From: Microbotryum violaceum
Lineage: Eukaryota
NCBI GenBank assembly: GCA_001244265.2
Contig: CDLV01000010.1
Span: forward strand, 372,001-436,000
Direction: 5' to 3'
DNA: 64,000 nt
This document shows, in pieces, positions 1-14,900 of the stretch (the first letter of the stretch is position 1; every line of letters starts with the position of its first letter). The notes under the pieces are model-generated. The model did not search any database, was not told where the DNA came from, and saw only the letters and a list, made by a program, of their open reading frames with translations. A program made the translations under genes and the position numbers.

Positions 1-1363
1 CAAGGACTACATTCTTTTAAGGTTCTTAGCTCCTGTGCCCCGGGACATCGGTCGTCCAGTCCGAGCCGAGCTAGTTCTACGTCTCGCCAAATACCTCTTG
101 ACGCGGTCGACGCCAGCACAAGCGCGCATGGTTTTTGGTGAACGCGACTACCAAGACGCGTACAATTCAAACACCTTCAAGGGATACCAGGATTGGTTGC
201 AGAATGTGTCCGACTGTGGTGTTGCCGGTCGCTGGATTGCACCTCCTGGAACCAATCGAGCCGGCGATGATGTAGTGCTGTTTTATCTGCACGGTGAGCC
301 TCTACCTGTGAACGGCGCCCCATATCGATCAATCAACAGCTCAACAAAGCTGATCATCATCAACCGGTGTATTTTAATCAGGTGGTGCCTATGTCATCGA
401 CTCTGGAGGGCTTCAGCTGCACTACTGGCTCAAGCTCGCTCGGGAGATGAACGAGATGCGGGGCGTCAAGTTCTCGATCTTCCTTCTTGACTACGGTGAG
501 ATGTTGCCATTTCCGACCCTACGTGGCGTCCCATGATTCTGACGAGCGTCAAATATTATACAGAGCTGGCACCCGAGTTCAAATGGCCCTCGCAGCTCAT
601 TGAAACGCAAGCTGCTTATCAGTATCTCGTCAACCATTTGAGTATCGACCCGTCCAAGATTGTGCTCGGCGGCGATTCTGCCGGGGGGAATTTGGCCATG
701 ACGTTCCTCTTGCATCTCGCCCGACCTTGCAAGCAAGTCACAGTCATTGAATGGCTCGGTCCTGTCCCCGGTCGACCCGCAGGAGCCTTCCTCGTCTCAC
801 CCTGGGTCGACATGATGTCCGAACGCCCCTCGCGGTGCTCGACAAACTACGACATGCTCAGTAACACGTGGACACGCCGTAGTGCGCTCGAATACATCGG
901 ATCGCTGCACGCTGTTTCAGCGGTCTACGAACCCAGCTGGTCGCCGTTCCAATGGTTCACCACTCCCAATGGCCCTCTCCCAGAGTCGTTCAAACAAGCG
1001 GCGCAGGCGTCGAGGTTCGTGCCTGGCAAGGAGTTGAAAGGCCTCGAGTTGTTGGCGAGCCCTTATGTCCAACCCATCAAATGCGAGGACAACTCGTGGC
1101 TCAGGGAAGCGTTCCCGGATGAGGGCCGTACAATGATTACCTGGGGCGGCAAGGAGATCTTCCGGGACGATATCGAGGTTCAATTTGAGCAGTTGCAAGC
1201 CGCTGGTGTGGCGGCGAAGAAGCTGGTCAAACCCTTGGCTGGGCACATTTGGACCACTGCCGACGCGGTAAGTTCCAACCAACTACGACAGGGATTTGCC
1301 AGATTTCAGACCCTCCGTTGCGGTGGAAGTGGGACGAGCGACATGAGGGACACAGTCGCCTGA
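1..1363 (+). CDS. Alpha/beta hydrolase (HSL-like esterase, Say1/steryl acetyl hydrolase-like); 5' partial, spliced
   Basis: Removing intron 294-381 restores LFYLHGGAY (HGG oxyanion motif). GGDSAGGNL nucleophile elbow, LVSPWVD, ITWGGKEIFRDDI and a late His (AGHIW) follow. Last exon after the GTAAGT donor at ~1268 is uncertain. Confidence 0.85.
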
Positions 1364-4300
1364 TAGCGGCGGTCGCGCAGCGAAACGAGAGAGCCCGTGC
1401 CGGCAATAGGAGCCTAGGCTGACTTCTGGGTCTATATCTTCTCAAATCCTTCGCTTGCTGCAGGGTCTCGCGGGCTACTACAAAACTCACTCAGGTGCTC
1501 CATGGGATTACCAGGACTACGCCGTCATTGCTGTTGCCGATTGGCTTGAACCCTTCAAATTGCGCTCGGGCAAGAAGAAGACGGGCCAGGGGAGTGCTTC
1601 GAGCGGCAAACAGTCGAAGATCTAATCAAACCCTGCCAATTGCGTTTTGTGTAGCTTTTCTTTGCACTCGAAAGCCTGCTCCTTGTCTCTAAAACCTATG
1701 TGGACATGACGACATAGGGTGAGCCGTAAACGCCGACGGGGAGCGTTCGGAGCGTTCGGAGTCTCTTCGGACTGTGCGTCGCGAGAGCGAGGCGCCGAGG
1801 CGCGTTGCCGTTCGCAGAGCGAAGCCGTCAGAAGGCGTTCGGTCGCGCGGTGCGCTTTCGCGTTAAGGTTAAGGGGTGGCTGTGCCTGCTCCTCGCTACT
1901 GAAACCCTCCGAGGTGTCGCGCGCTTACAAAGTGTTTCCTGTGGGAGCGAGCAAACCCCGAGATGCTACCAGGTGCCTTTTTCGTCACGATGCGGACTCT
2001 TGACCTTTTTGTGAAATAGTTCAATGGGAATCTTGTGCCAGAGTCTATGTCTTTCTAGCGTGCCTACTGCTTCTCCCCGCTCGGCCAAGCGTCGGCTGGC
2101 ACTCACGTTGAACGTTGATCCTTGATCTGCGCTCTGGGGTGGGCCTGGAACGTCAATTCGGATGAGTCCCTGGACCGATTATCTGATGCACTTTCGCCTG
2201 TAAGGACTTGGAGGCACTGACAAACTCGACCATGTCGGAATTCTTGATGTGTAGGCTACAAGCTCCCAAACTCAAAAAGGGCGATCCGCAGATCCTAAGT
2301 TTGAGGATTAATTCTGTGCGTGCTAATTCCGGCTCATGCTCATGCACCGCCTGGCCCTGGCTAATTTGTAATTTGTCGACCCTCACTCGCACGGCCGGGG
2401 CGGGCCTTCGCAGCGGGATTTCACTTGGGTAAGGAAGTCAATGCTCTCTTTCTCACTTTGACCATCGTCCGTCTTTCGCCCGCGCCAATATCGCTTTCAG
2501 GAGGAGTAATGGCCACTTTGGCGAGGTCTTCCAGTCATACCCCTTGCCGTCGCAAGCAGCCGGCCGGCTTCTGTCACCCCTGCATACGAGTGCATACAGA
2601 TGCATGAACGTGCACATCAGCGGATAGTCACACTTGATCGTTTTTTCATTCAGTCAAACGTCTCTGCAGGACAACACACAACTATGCAACCTCCCCGCGA
2701 CCTTCTTCGTTGCAAACCCACCGCCGCGGAGTGCACGTCGAGCCGAGGCGGAGTAGGAGCAAGGCGGGGACCACAATCCACGAGGAGTGATCAGCGGAGA
2801 AGTAGGCCGTATGACGAGTCAGCGACGGAATGAGAATACCTAGGCTATAGGAGACTTGACAGGAACGTGCAAGGGGTGAATCGATTGGACGGCATGTGAA
2901 GTTCAGGCCCCCTTGGCGATTGGCAGATACCCTGGGAGTAGGCTGAAGTCGGACCCGGTCCACACTTGTGTAGAACCCTGGTCACACTCTGAACTACCTA
3001 TGCACAGGGATTTCCCCGTATGCACCGGCAAGCAGTATCGGCGCGTCATCTGCGCGAGGAATACACTGCTCCGGCTCTCAGCGCATGCACCCCCATGCAT
3101 GACAGTGCATGACAGTGCACACACGCGCAATTCAAAGAGATGACCCGACGCACAGTAATGTATGCCCCTGCACGAGCATGATGTACTCGAAAAAAACGAC
3201 TTACTGGTTCTGCAGCCCGTGACCAATCTTCTTTCAAGCAGCCAAATCGCCTCCGAAGCTGAAGGTGCGTATTCGACCTAAATTCCACTTAATGGAGGAT
3301 ACAGTGAGCAATCTCATTTTTCTTCCGTCGACTCGCCGCGTCGGAGCCCTCGAGTCACGGTGAGCCCCACACCGCAACCCGGCTCCGTGACGAAGTTCCC
3401 AATAAATCGAGGCGGAAGCGACGTCGCCCTACCTCGAACAATCCCTGGGGCAACAACCACTGTATCGATCGCGGCGATCTCAAGCTTCGGGTGATCATTG
3501 GAGCTTAACCTACTTGCTGAGACTCGAACGAGATTGATCGATTAGGAATTCGGTCTTTCCAAGATGTGAATTGTTGACCTCGACGAGGGGTGCACGGTCC
3601 CCTGTCCGCGAACTTCTGTATTCGCGCGGCGCCGCTCGGCGCTCGGCAGAGGTGGAGATGATCGGAAACCGTGCCGTCATCGACATGCTTGGCCCAACCC
3701 CAAGTCAGCGACCACCTAGCACATCTCTTTTTCTTCATCTTTCTTCTCTATCAACAGTCTGGCCCTGCACTTTGGGCCGCGTAAACGCGATGACCTGTGC
3801 ACCACCTTGGTCACGTTTGAACACGTCAGGGTCCATACCAGCATCCTCCCGACCCGTATGTACTTTCCTTCTCACCACTCGTCCTTGCTCTCGGTCGATC
3901 GTCGTCGATTGGGTGGGACGGCCGTCTTCTTGTTTGATCGGCTGGTGGTGCTCGGACTCATGCTGACCCCGTGCCCGTGAACGAGTCACTGTACTCACCT
4001 TCCGCAGCCTCGTGAAGGGCGATTCGCCTTCGGCCCCGATGACTCCATCTTCAGCCTGAATTAGGCAGCCTATTACACAAGAACGGCGAGTCAGCTTGCG
4101 GTGCGGCGTTGCTGCCTGCACCGAGTGTGCACCAGCAGGCGTCGCAGAGAGGAGGTCGCCTCAAGCTCCTTCGATCTCATGGTGTTCACCTTGCCATTGG
4201 CACTGCCACATGTTGGCCACCACTCTGCACTAGACCGAGCTGGAGGGTCTTCCCCATCGAGACCGTTTACGCTCCGTCAGCTGCTAGAACGGGGATTTGC

Positions 4301-5128
4301 ACATGTTTGGGCCGGGTCAGAGTAAGTGCAGTGATCGATCTCGATAAGCCGTCCAAGCTGTCCCACTTTGCGCTATCGGACTGGTAATAGTTTTAGAAGA
4401 GGGGATGATGGGATTTGGAGTCTCACTTGAAGCTGTCGAGTGTAGAATGTTCTGCTGATGAAGCCCAAGACGTCGAAGTATGGTGAGTCAGCGGGTGTGG
4501 CGCTCCCCCTACTGTTAGCCCTCGGTCGGTCGCACAGGGGGGGGGGGGTTTCCCGAGTCGACTCGTCCTCGTCCTCGCTCGACCATCATTCTCATCAGCC
4601 TCATTCATTATCATGATACTTTGCTGCTGTACATCAGGTTATCTCTCGACCTTCTCTGAGTACTGGGTGGAAAATGTGGGAATTATTCTAGGGTGCCAAC
4701 TCCTTGAGCTAGACCGCTCGGTGGTCACCTCGGCCTGGCGCTGACATTACCGTTGCCCCACACGCGCACACGCCCCCTTGCGTGCCTGAAGGGATTTTTT
4801 TTTGGGTCTAGACCTCGCAGAAGCAATTCGCGCGCTCGTCTTTTTTTTTGTCCATAGTTTTGTCGTAGACTTTTGTCGGGCCAAGCGCCTCCGGCTAAGC
4901 CCCGAGCCCCCCGAGCAACTCCCGAGCAGCCTCCCGTACTCCCGCATCCGCCTTCGCAGCGGAACTCACGTGTCTCATTTCCGCCACATCAAACGCCGTC
5001 GCCGTTCGCCGACAGACTTTGCTCCTCCTAGACTTCTTTTAGGGGCTTTGTCCACCACTTCTCGCTAGAAGTCAAAACCCCCTGCAACCATTTCAACTCG
5101 GTCATCCCTCCCTCACTCATCCTCCCTC

Positions 5129-6768
5129 ATGTCCAAGGATATCGAAGCCAGCATGCCCGCGTTGGTTCAGCGTGAGTCGTCTTCGTCGGCCGAGGACGAG
5201 GTCAAGCACGCCACGTCGAATGACGGTATCACCTCGCCCGAGGAAGTACCCTTGCCTGGCTTCATCGACACATTCCTCGGACGTGATCGCAAGGTGCTCC
5301 AGAAAGATCCGATTGTATGGAACCGAGGCTTTGCTGGTTTTTGCGCCTCGCTCAGCCATCGCACCAAGGGCGTCTTCACCCGAAGGTTCCTGTGAGTCAC
5401 CTGAACGAGCGCTAATTTTCAATATCTTTGCTGGTGCTTCATGATACTGACATGTGCAATACACGTCTGCCTTGACTCGCGTCCGCCCGCGCAGATTGTG
5501 CCTGGTCGCCGGTCAAACCCTGTCCTTAGCCATCACTGGTACTTCGGTTCTCACGACCGAGTTGGGAATGCACGGCTGGAGCGTGCGTTACATGATGTGT
5601 TCGTAGTTTTGCACGAGGTTAATACTGAGCCCTTCTCTCGTCTCTCCCCTACAGATGCCGACGTTCCAAACCTTCTTCCTCTACTTCTTCCTCAACCTCG
5701 TCTACACGCCCTACACCATCCACCGCTACGGCTTCAAAGCCTGGGGCAAGATGCTCGTCACTGATGGCTGGAAGTACTTATTGCTTGCGGCCATTGACGT
5801 CGAGGCCAACTTCCTTGTCATCAAGGCTTACGGGTTAGTGACTTGGAGATTAAGAGATTCTTCGGAGCTCCGAAACTGAATCGGCTTCCTGGCTACCCCC
5901 GTCCACAGCTACACCGATCTCTTGTCGTGCATGCTTCTGGATGCTTGGTACATATTCTTGCACGTTGTTTATCGCAGCTGCACCCTTGCTGAACCAACTT
6001 TCATCCCGACGTTTACAGGGCCACTCCCGCTTGCATGATATTCGCATTTTTCTTCGTCAAGGCTCGATACCATTGGTCTCAGATTGTTGCTGTACTCATT
6101 TGCATCCTCGGTCTCGGTCTCCTCGTTGCTTCGGACGATATCACGGACAAGAACTACCCTGCCAATAACAGGGTCCTCGGTGACATCCTTATGGTACGTC
6201 GGAAACTATGAGGAGTCACAAGTGCGCACGTCACGCTAACGAGTCTATGCCTTGGGATCTACAGTTGATCGGTGCTACTGGATACGGTCTATCCAACTCG
6301 CTCGAGGAATTCTTCGTGCGACAACGCCCTCTCTACGAGGTCGTCGGCCAGATGGGTTTCTGGGGCAGCATCATCAACGCGATCCAAGGCGCTGCGCTCG
6401 AACACCACCTGTTTCACACCTCGTCCTGGTCCGGCCGCAACATCGGCTACCTTGTTGGCTACACGTGCTGCATGCTCTTCCTCTACTCGACCGCTCCGGT
6501 CCTGTACCGTCTTGCCTCGTCGCCGTTCTACAACATCTCGTTGCTCTCGTCCGATTTCTACGGCCTCTGCTTCGGTTTGGCCTTATTCGGTTACTCGCCG
6601 TACTGGTTGTACTTCGTCGCGTACGCGCTCGTGCTTATCGGTCTGGTCGCCTACTTCTGGGTCGCGCGTCCCGAAGCGACTCGCATGAATGTCGTCTCGC
6701 GTGGCAAACAGGCCGACCGTGAGGAGATCGCAGGCGTGCGAAAGGTCCTCGGTGACGAGAGGATCTAA
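5129..6768 (+). CDS. SLC35F1/F2-family (DUF914) membrane transporter, 6 exons
   Basis: Spliced product has GQTLSLAITGTS, PTFQTFFLYFFLNLVYTPYTI, KYLLLAAIDVEANFLVIKAY, YGLSNSLEEFFV and YNISLLSSDFYGL, with many hydrophobic helices and canonical GT-AG introns. Confidence 0.9.
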
Positions 6769-7257
6769 GCCAGTCGTCCTCGCACACCGTATCGTCTCAT
6801 CGAATCGTCATCTTCGTGACGGGTTTCGTTGGAGTTCTTTTTGTATTTACATGATCTTTTCTTTGGGGGTCTTTTCTGTCTGAAATTCTTGTCCATAATG
6901 TCGTCTTGTCATCTCTCAGAGTATCTCCCGACCACGGAGACGGTGTCGAATGCTTTGCAACACTTGCAATACATCGATTTAGTCCTATATATGCAACAAA
7001 GCATAAAGCCTAGAAAGCGTCAAAAACTTGCGCTGTGAAGAGATAAACTGTTAGTTCGTTAGGTGCACGCCACGCTGATTGGGATTTCTTACGCCCGAGA
7101 CAATTCGAGTCAAGGGATTTTGATGGGGTCCATTAGGTTCGAGTAGGCTCCTAGGTTGGTCCAAAACGGTCCGTGAGCGTGAGCGTGGCCATCATCCGGG
7201 TTGAGAGGGAGAAGAATCTGGAAGTCGGTTGGGGTTCAGGGAAGGATTCGTGAGTAG

Positions 7258-9996
7258 TCATGCTCCGCCCTTGGGGGCCTCGACGACTTGATTCGAAGGA
7301 CTAGTTGATCGGCGTTGTCGTTTCGAATCGTCTAGATGAGAAATGGCAGACCTATTAGCGCCAAAGCCATGGTAAAACATCGTGAAAGAAGACCCACTAG
7401 TGTCCTTTTCTTCGACCGCTTCGACGTCGTCGCCCTCGGTCAATGAGCTTCGACTTCGCTTCGCTCCGTCCTGAAGTGTGGGTGCGTCGGGGGTCTCATC
7501 GTAATCGATGACGACTTCGCTAGACACATTGAATGTACCTGCGAGGGGGAACAAAACCTCGTCAGCCTGGATCCTTCCTAGCTAAGCTGCCGAATGCTTT
7601 TCTTTTCCTGGATCGTACCCTCTGTGTTAAGCACCTCCTTCCCAACGACCGACGCTTCGGTCGTGCCATTCCCATTCTGCTCCGTCGGGGCTGTAGCTGC
7701 CTCGACAACAGCCTCTCGCTTGTCCAACGGAATCGCGGGTGACTCGCAGCCGGTACTCTCGGGAGTATCGTACGACAACTCGAGCGGCTCCGACCGCAAC
7801 GCCTTGATCGACTTGGGTATCCGTTCTTCCGCTGCGACAGCTTTATGACCGTTGACCGAATGACCATTGACTTCCTCACCAGTCGCCGTCATTGCTTCGC
7901 CATTCGCTTCTTCCACCTGGTCCTGGGCAAGCACGTAGTCCTTTTGCGCTCCCTCGACGACAGCAGCCAGGTCTTCGGCGTTTAGCTCCTCGTAGGCCTC
8001 CTCCTCCGCCTCTTCATCCTCAGCTGCCTCGTACACCTCAGATCCTTCCTCGGCCTCGCCGTATTCCTCGCCCCCCTCTGTCGTCTCGTGCCACTCTCTC
8101 TCATCGTAGGAAGAGCCCTCGGCCGCGGCTTCAGCTTCTTTTGGCACTACCTCTGCCTCTGCCTCTGCCTTTGCCTCTGCCTCTACCTCTGCCTCTGCCT
8201 CGCCAGCCTCAACCTCTTCGAGCGCCTCCTCGTACGCTTCCTCCTTCTCCTCTTCTTCTCCACCCGCAGCAAGGGAATCTTCCCTCCCATCGGCCACGCG
8301 CATGATATGCTGCATCAACGCATTGAAGCCCGTCGGAAACCGCGGCCCCTCGCACTCGGCAAGCTTGACCAGCATCCGCCCCGGCAGTCCACAGCCGCTG
8401 TGGAGACGGTGGAAGTCGTACAGGCTTACTTCTCGAGTATAGACGTTGTCCTATCGAACGATGAAGAGTACATGTTAGAATCGAGATGCACGACATGAAA
8501 GCCCCTGCCCCGGAACTTACCTCTTGAAGGACGATGCCCAGACCGTCTATCTCGAGAGAGTATTCAGCTTGCGTTGATTCCAAGCCTGGCAGCGAGGCGT
8601 GCAACGCCTCGAACAGCGCCTCGATCTGCTCATAATACAGGTGATGGTCTTTGCGTTCGCCGAACAGAATCGGTAGGTCTTCAGCGTCTTGCCCATCTTC
8701 GACGACGGGTGCGGCTCGAAACATTGTGTATCGGTCTTCGCCGAACTGCAGCAGGACCGTCGGTGCGAGCGGAGGTGGTGCTGGGCGAGGTGGTGCATCT
8801 GCCGTCTCCCCCTCTGCGACTGATTCCTCCTCGGCGTCGTCGTCTTCACTGATCTGCAGTGCCGCCTCGTCGCCGAGTCCGAAGAATTCGAGCACGGCCT
8901 TGTCGATCAGCGGTCGCTTGAGTAAGCCACTCGACGCCCCAACGGCCTCGACGACCTTGACCGAGTTGATCTGTCGGACCTGTCCCCCGTTCCTCTGCTG
9001 CTGTTGCTCATCATCACCCTCACTCGTACTCCCACTCGCGTTCGAGGCCGAGGCCGAGGCCGAGACCGAGCGTGGTGGAACCGAATTGCGTTGCTCGGTC
9101 TCGACGATGATGTGCCCGTCCAGACCCTGGCGAATGATGACCTCGTTCTCTTGCTTGGCCACACCATCGACGTCGGGATCGTCCTCACTTTGTTGTCGTA
9201 GCTGTTGTTCCTGCACGATGCGGGTCGTGCCGGGCCCGAGGGCTTCGATCGCTTGGTCCTGCGTCTGCACGTCATCGGACGAGTGCTGGTGCTGCGAGGC
9301 GAGAGCTCTTTGAGGAACCAAGAGCGACTGCTGCGTTCCGTCCGCCAAGGGTGTCAGCAGCGACCGCGCGTCGCTCGTTTCATGGTCATTCGCGGTGAGC
9401 TGGGCGGGGTCGAACCCGGGCGTCGGAGAGACAATCGGAGCTGGATGGTCCATTCGGAGCGAGAACGGAGCGGAGGACAGCCGCGAAGGAGTGACGGCGG
9501 CGGCCGAGTGACCGAGGGCCGATAGTTGTAGTTCGTTGGAGCTGACATTGATCAGGGGAGGTGAAGAGAAGCCCGGGTGGAATGGGAGTGTGGGGGGTGC
9601 GATCGAGGTGTACGATGGGCCGGATGAGGATGAGGTGGAGGTGGAGGTGGAGACAGGGGAGGACGACGGCGGTGGTGAGTGAAAGAGCGTGTTGGGGGGC
9701 AGTGAGATGGGTTCCAAGCCGTTATCGTTGGCTGCCTCTGGCTCATCATCGGCATCCATGGCCGGGGTGGGTGTCGGTGCGAGCGAGTCGTCCAGCAGCA
9801 TCAGCATCCCGTCGCCGTCCGTCGCCGCAGCACCACCGGCAGCCGTCCCCACCGCCACCGTCTGAGCCTCATCCTGCATCAGAGCATCGTCGTCACCCCC
9901 CTCCACGACCCCGTCGTCATCTTCTCCATAGTCAATCTTCATCTCGGCCTCTGGCACCTCGACGGCCGCATCAAGCATCGCGTCGTCCAGGTTCAT
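7258..9996 (-). CDS. Large acidic, low-complexity protein with a DUF2420/Rmr1-like domain
   Basis: Exons ~9996-8521, ~8451-7619 and ~7538-7258 (with a possible in-frame intron) join in frame. The junction gives LGIVLQE|DNVYTREVSLYDFHRLH...PRF, which resembles fungal DUF2420. Glu/Ala-rich C-terminal half. Confidence 0.7.
8146..8200. repeat. (CTCTGC)n hexamer microsatellite encoding Glu-Ala repeats
   Basis: Tandem ctctgc units in the sequence, translating to EAEAEVEAEAKAEAEAE on the minus strand. Confidence 0.85.
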
Positions 9997-10582
9997 GTCA
10001 CTCGCTTTCTTGGCGGGCGATTAGTGTGACTTGTGATGGGGACCGCTCGCCAACGGTGCGTGTCGTGGTTAGGAGCAAGCGCAATCGACAGAATGAACGC
10101 GAGTTGCTGCGTCCCCTTGTAATGATGAAGTCTGTTCCGAACGGCGACGAGTGAATGCGGCTGTTGATAGAGCGATCGGCGGGAACGAGAGGAGAGGCCA
10201 ATTGATCATTAGAGGTCGGGCTAGCCTGAGCTTACTCGGTTATTAGTGCGCTGCTCGTCTCAGCAGCGCCGGGCTTCCTCTGCAGCTGATTCTGGCCGAC
10301 TCGGTCGCACAGCACCCAGCGCTCGTCACACGTCCCACGCTCACACCTGGACACCGCTCCCCATTGTTGGCTGACGACTTCCTTCCATCTTGTGAGTGTT
10401 CCTCGGTCAAATCTTGATTGCTCCGACTTGTCTGCGGTCTTCCCCAGCGTTGAGCGCCCTGGTTCGGACTTAACACTCGTTCCGGACCGAGGCAGCATCA
10501 TCATTATACGGCGGCACCCGCACCCGCACTCACACAGTCACTGGTTTATGTCCTTTCGACAGATCTATTTTTATTGCCTCAC

Positions 10583-11988
10583 AATGGTCTTCACCGCAGC
10601 TCCCGTAGCCGGAGAACGCAACGTTAGTGTACCCCATCTCAATCAGCTTTCTCGAGCTCGGACTGAACTCTTTGCGACATTCCCTTCCTTCTTAAACAGT
10701 GGGCCATCAGAGTCCCAGCTTCGTCCGCCAACATCGGCCCAGGATTTGATGTTCTCGGACTGGCCCTTTCGCGACACCTAACCCTCAACGTCAACCTCAC
10801 GCCTAGCTCCGCCGAGGAGAGCCAAGTCTTGCTCAGCTACGACGGCGAAGGCGCGAACGAGGCCCCGCTCGACCCTTACAAGAACCTCATTACTCGCGTC
10901 GCTCTCTACGTGCTTCTTTCCCACCACCTCACTTTCCCCGCTGCCATCGTCAAAGTCGACATCAAGAATCAAGTCCCCTTTGGGCGAGGTCTCGGCTCCT
11001 CCGCTTCGGCCGTTGTCGCCGGAGTCTTGCTCGGGGATGCGCTCGGCGATCTCAAGCTGAGCCAAGAGCGAGTCAAAGACTACGCTCTCATGGTCGAACG
11101 TCACCCCGACAACGTGACCGCTGCACTTGTCGGTGGATTCACCGGCTCATTTCTGCGCACGCTCGACGCGTCCGAGCTTGCTCCTTCCTCGATCCCCCTC
11201 GCGGAGGTCTTGCCTGCCTACCCGGCCAACGCAGGGCCGCCAGTGCCGGGGCAAGAGGAGCCGCCCCAACCCCCAGTTTGCGTCGGGCGACATGTACGAT
11301 ACGGTTTCTCGAAGGACATCGGCGTCGTCGTCGTCGTACCCAAATTCGAGGTCGAAACCGCCAAAGCGCGAGGCGCTCTTCCGAACACATATCCCCGAGC
11401 CGACGTCGTGAGTAGCTCGTCCGCCCATGCAGCGTGTTGCCGAGTACGAGGTTACTCACTGCTTTTTGTTGCACTGTACAGGTCTTCAACTTGCAACGTC
11501 TGGCTGTGCTGACGGCTTCGCTGTCCCAATCGCCGCTGGATGCGAACGTCATCTGGGAGGCGATGCGTGACCGAGTCCATCAGCCGCAACGAGAAGGCCT
11601 GGTGAGTGACCGACGCTTCCTCGTGACCTGTGAGCTCTCGTTCTGACGCATACGAGCCGCAATGTTGTAGATCCCCGGACTCTCCAAGATCCTCAACCAT
11701 ATGACACCAGCGACACACCCCGGCCTGCTTGGTATTTGCTTGTCCGGTGCGGGCCCCACCATCCTCGCCCTCGTTTCGAACGAGAAAGGAGCCGACTCCA
11801 ACTCTGATACGATCTTGACCGACGATTCCGAGATCACTCTCGGCGAGTCGACAACCTCGGGGGGTGCGACACCACAGATGACCCGGATCGGAGAAGCGAT
11901 CAAGGCGCTTTGGAAGGAAGAAGGGATCAATGTCGAGTGGTTGGCATTGACGGTGGATGACGAAGGGGCCACGTTGAAAGAATCATGA
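10583..11988 (+). CDS. THR1: Homoserine kinase (GHMP family), 4 exons
   Basis: IRVPASSANIGPGFDVLGLAL, NQVPFGRGLGSSASAVVAG, ERHPDNV, MRDRVHQPQR and CLSGAGPTILAL. Confidence 0.96.
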
Positions 11989-14900
11989 TCTGGAATTCAG
12001 CTCATATTTTGATTGGGTATTCGTAGTGCTGCTGGGGAGGTGGACTGCGGCATTCGCAGAAAGACGAGAGCGGAAGAATGATTACATCTTTTCCTCATCT
12101 CGGCGCCGTCGGTCAAAGAAGTGATTGATACTCCACATCGTCAGGAACACCGATCAGGTTAGGAATCTGTCAATATTAGCATTGATTCCCACTGTACTTG
12201 AGGTAATTATCACGCAAAAGACAAGTGGAAAGGCAGGAGCCACGTGTCCCAACTCCCAGCCATAGTCAAGGCAGCCGGTGAAAATCCACCACCGGACGGG
12301 ACGGCACCCCTCGCTACAAGCGCTTCAAAAGAGGTGCTAGCTCTGATCCCCCATCGTACGCACCCCGATTCATGGCATTACATCACTTTCGTCACTGTTT
12401 TGAACGGAGAGGGACCCCGTCTGAATCTGGGCGGCTGTCGGCCATGGTGCCGGTCATCTCTCCAGAGACAAATTGGCCGCAGAGCGCAGAGCCCTATCGA
12501 CCCTGAGCGGCGTGGGAGTCTGAGTTCTACTAAAAGGGGGGCGCCACGACAACCGGGTACGTCAGGTTGCCACGCCAAATTTCATCCTCAAATCCTCAAA
12601 GCACTACTATCAAAAGCGCCATCCTGCTGATTCTACTCGAAGCGCGAAAAAAATCATGTCAAGGTCTGTCCGGCTCACCCCTTTTTCCGGAACCATGTCG
12701 TACGCACGAGGTTCACAGCCTCAGCCGCGAAATTAGCTCGCAACAACACCATCATGGCCTCTTCCTAGACAGAGTCTCACTTACCGGCGACGGCGACTGT
12801 GAGACCGGAGATGCGGATTCAAGTCATACATTTCCGCTAGCCTTGTTCACTGCACCGCCAGAATCATAGGATTACAGCCCTGAGTGCTGGCGGAGTCAGC
12901 ACCGGCCCGGTGTGACCCAACTTGGCTGCTCAATTGCCCAGCTTGCCTGGAAAGGAGGGGCGGTTTCACACTCCTCGATAGGAGGGTAGTCGCGTCGCGT
13001 GCAACTCGGAGTGAGGGGGCGTTTCGACTTGGAAACTCTGAGACGCTCGAGCGCTCTGCAAGTGGGAGTGATGAGCGAAAGACAGCGAGGCCCGTTTTTC
13101 TTACCCCACAAGAAAAATGCCCTTGGATAGACGAGCAAGCCAAAGAAAGGAGGCGCTGATCGGGGTTAGTATATGAAGCAGGCTGCTGAGAGGAGAAAAA
13201 GGTGCCAGGTCGGATACCTGAGCTATGACCAGGTCAACCGCGTCTGCCCGAACCTCTCGATCGTCGCTGCGTTGCCACCGTCCGCATCTCAGGCTTGTGT
13301 GCTTTAGCCCTGTTGCACGTTGGTTTACGAGTTACGACCCTTTACGAACACGAAACGATCACGACCTCTTTGACGACACGATACCCCTCCGCTCATCAAC
13401 TCCCTCTTCCCTGCTTCGGCCTCTCTCCAGCGATTACGACCTCTCGTGCGTGCGACCTGACGCCCTCGCACCTTTTCGACCCCCTGTCTCACCGGCGATC
13501 CTGTGGCGAGGCTTCGATCGTGAGTCGGTGACGGCTTGCTGACGCTATTCAGGTCAAGAAGAACCAGTATGGCAATGGTGTATGATACTGATGTGGTTCC
13601 CAGGCCACTGTTTCAACACGTTGTGGCTTTCGCAGTGACACGTCCCCTGTGTTACGTCGCACCACCGGTCGACGACACCCGGCCCGGCGCTTCACGCGCG
13701 ACTCAAGGATCATCTCGCTCTCAAGTGCACATCACGACCTCCGCAACGCCTTTTTTTCTCTGCTTGAATCTCAACGACCTTGCGGAGTGTGTTCAGGGTT
13801 CGCATTTACTTTGGTCAGTACAGATAATACTTATGGACGACGCCAGGAGCAGCGTCGCTGCAGGCCCGATTGAGCAACCACGACTGATTCGCTGTTCGGA
13901 CTCGTTGCAACGTCCCCACATGGCGATGCGGTGGGCAGAACGGAACCGCGCCCGACGGTGCCGAGCGAAGCTGAACCGAGGATCGCCCTGTGGCCGCGCC
14001 CGCAACGCCAGCCCTAGCCTCAGACTGAACGATCTCGTCACACCTCCCCCCAAGCTCCATCGTGGCGCCAGGCACTCCGACGTCAATCTCAGGTTCACGT
14101 CACACATATAACGACACCTTTCCCCTTTGCCTTCTTGTCGAAATCGTTTCATTTCTGTGTGGTAAGTCCGTTCTCGCGGTCTGGATGATTTATCCATTTC
14201 TGCCGAGGCGTGGTCGTCCTCGTCGACCCGGGCTCGGCTCCGAGCGGCGTCGCGTCTGGAGAAACTTCGAAAAAGTCGTCGTACTCGACTCTATTCAGGT
14301 ATCCTGTGTCCGAAGGACAAGTCAAGGATGGTACGCTGCACAGCCGCTGGGGGTCGATTGTCTCGGAGTAGGGTCTAACCGAGCTACATCGTCGCCGAGG
14401 GCTCCTACTGCGGTAGCATGTGGGGGTGGCGACGACTTCGAAACTGGGGTACTCTCGCGCGGCAGCCAACCGCTAGTACCGGTTCATTATCGAAATGTGC
14501 ACCGGAGAATGGCTCCTCAGGCGCGTTTTGGCGTGATCAAGTACAAGTGCTGTACTCGACAGGGGGATTTTTGGGAGCTCCAATTATATCGGCAAACCTT
14601 TCTTTTCATTGTCGTGAAGCCGAGGCCTCGGGCAGGGACGCCCAGCTCGCGCTGCCGCGCACACTACCTCTAGCGCCGCGCCCGCGACTCTCTGTCACCG
14701 AAGCTTTCAACGTGCGCGCCGCCGACGAGCACACTTCGCATCAGAGGGGGCCTGTGGGCCCGAATTCTCAGAATTATGCTTCCAAAGCAGCACGTCCGTC
14801 AACGAGCTTAGGAAACAGGTGTTCGACTCGACCTACTTTATGTCGTGGCTTCAGAATATTTTCGAGCTCCAGGCAACCAGGCTGCGAAGTTTCGAACCCC

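Noticed and set aside
1860..1876. Telomere-like ttaaggttaagggg
   Set aside because: Only two imperfect units and not TTAGGG arrays.
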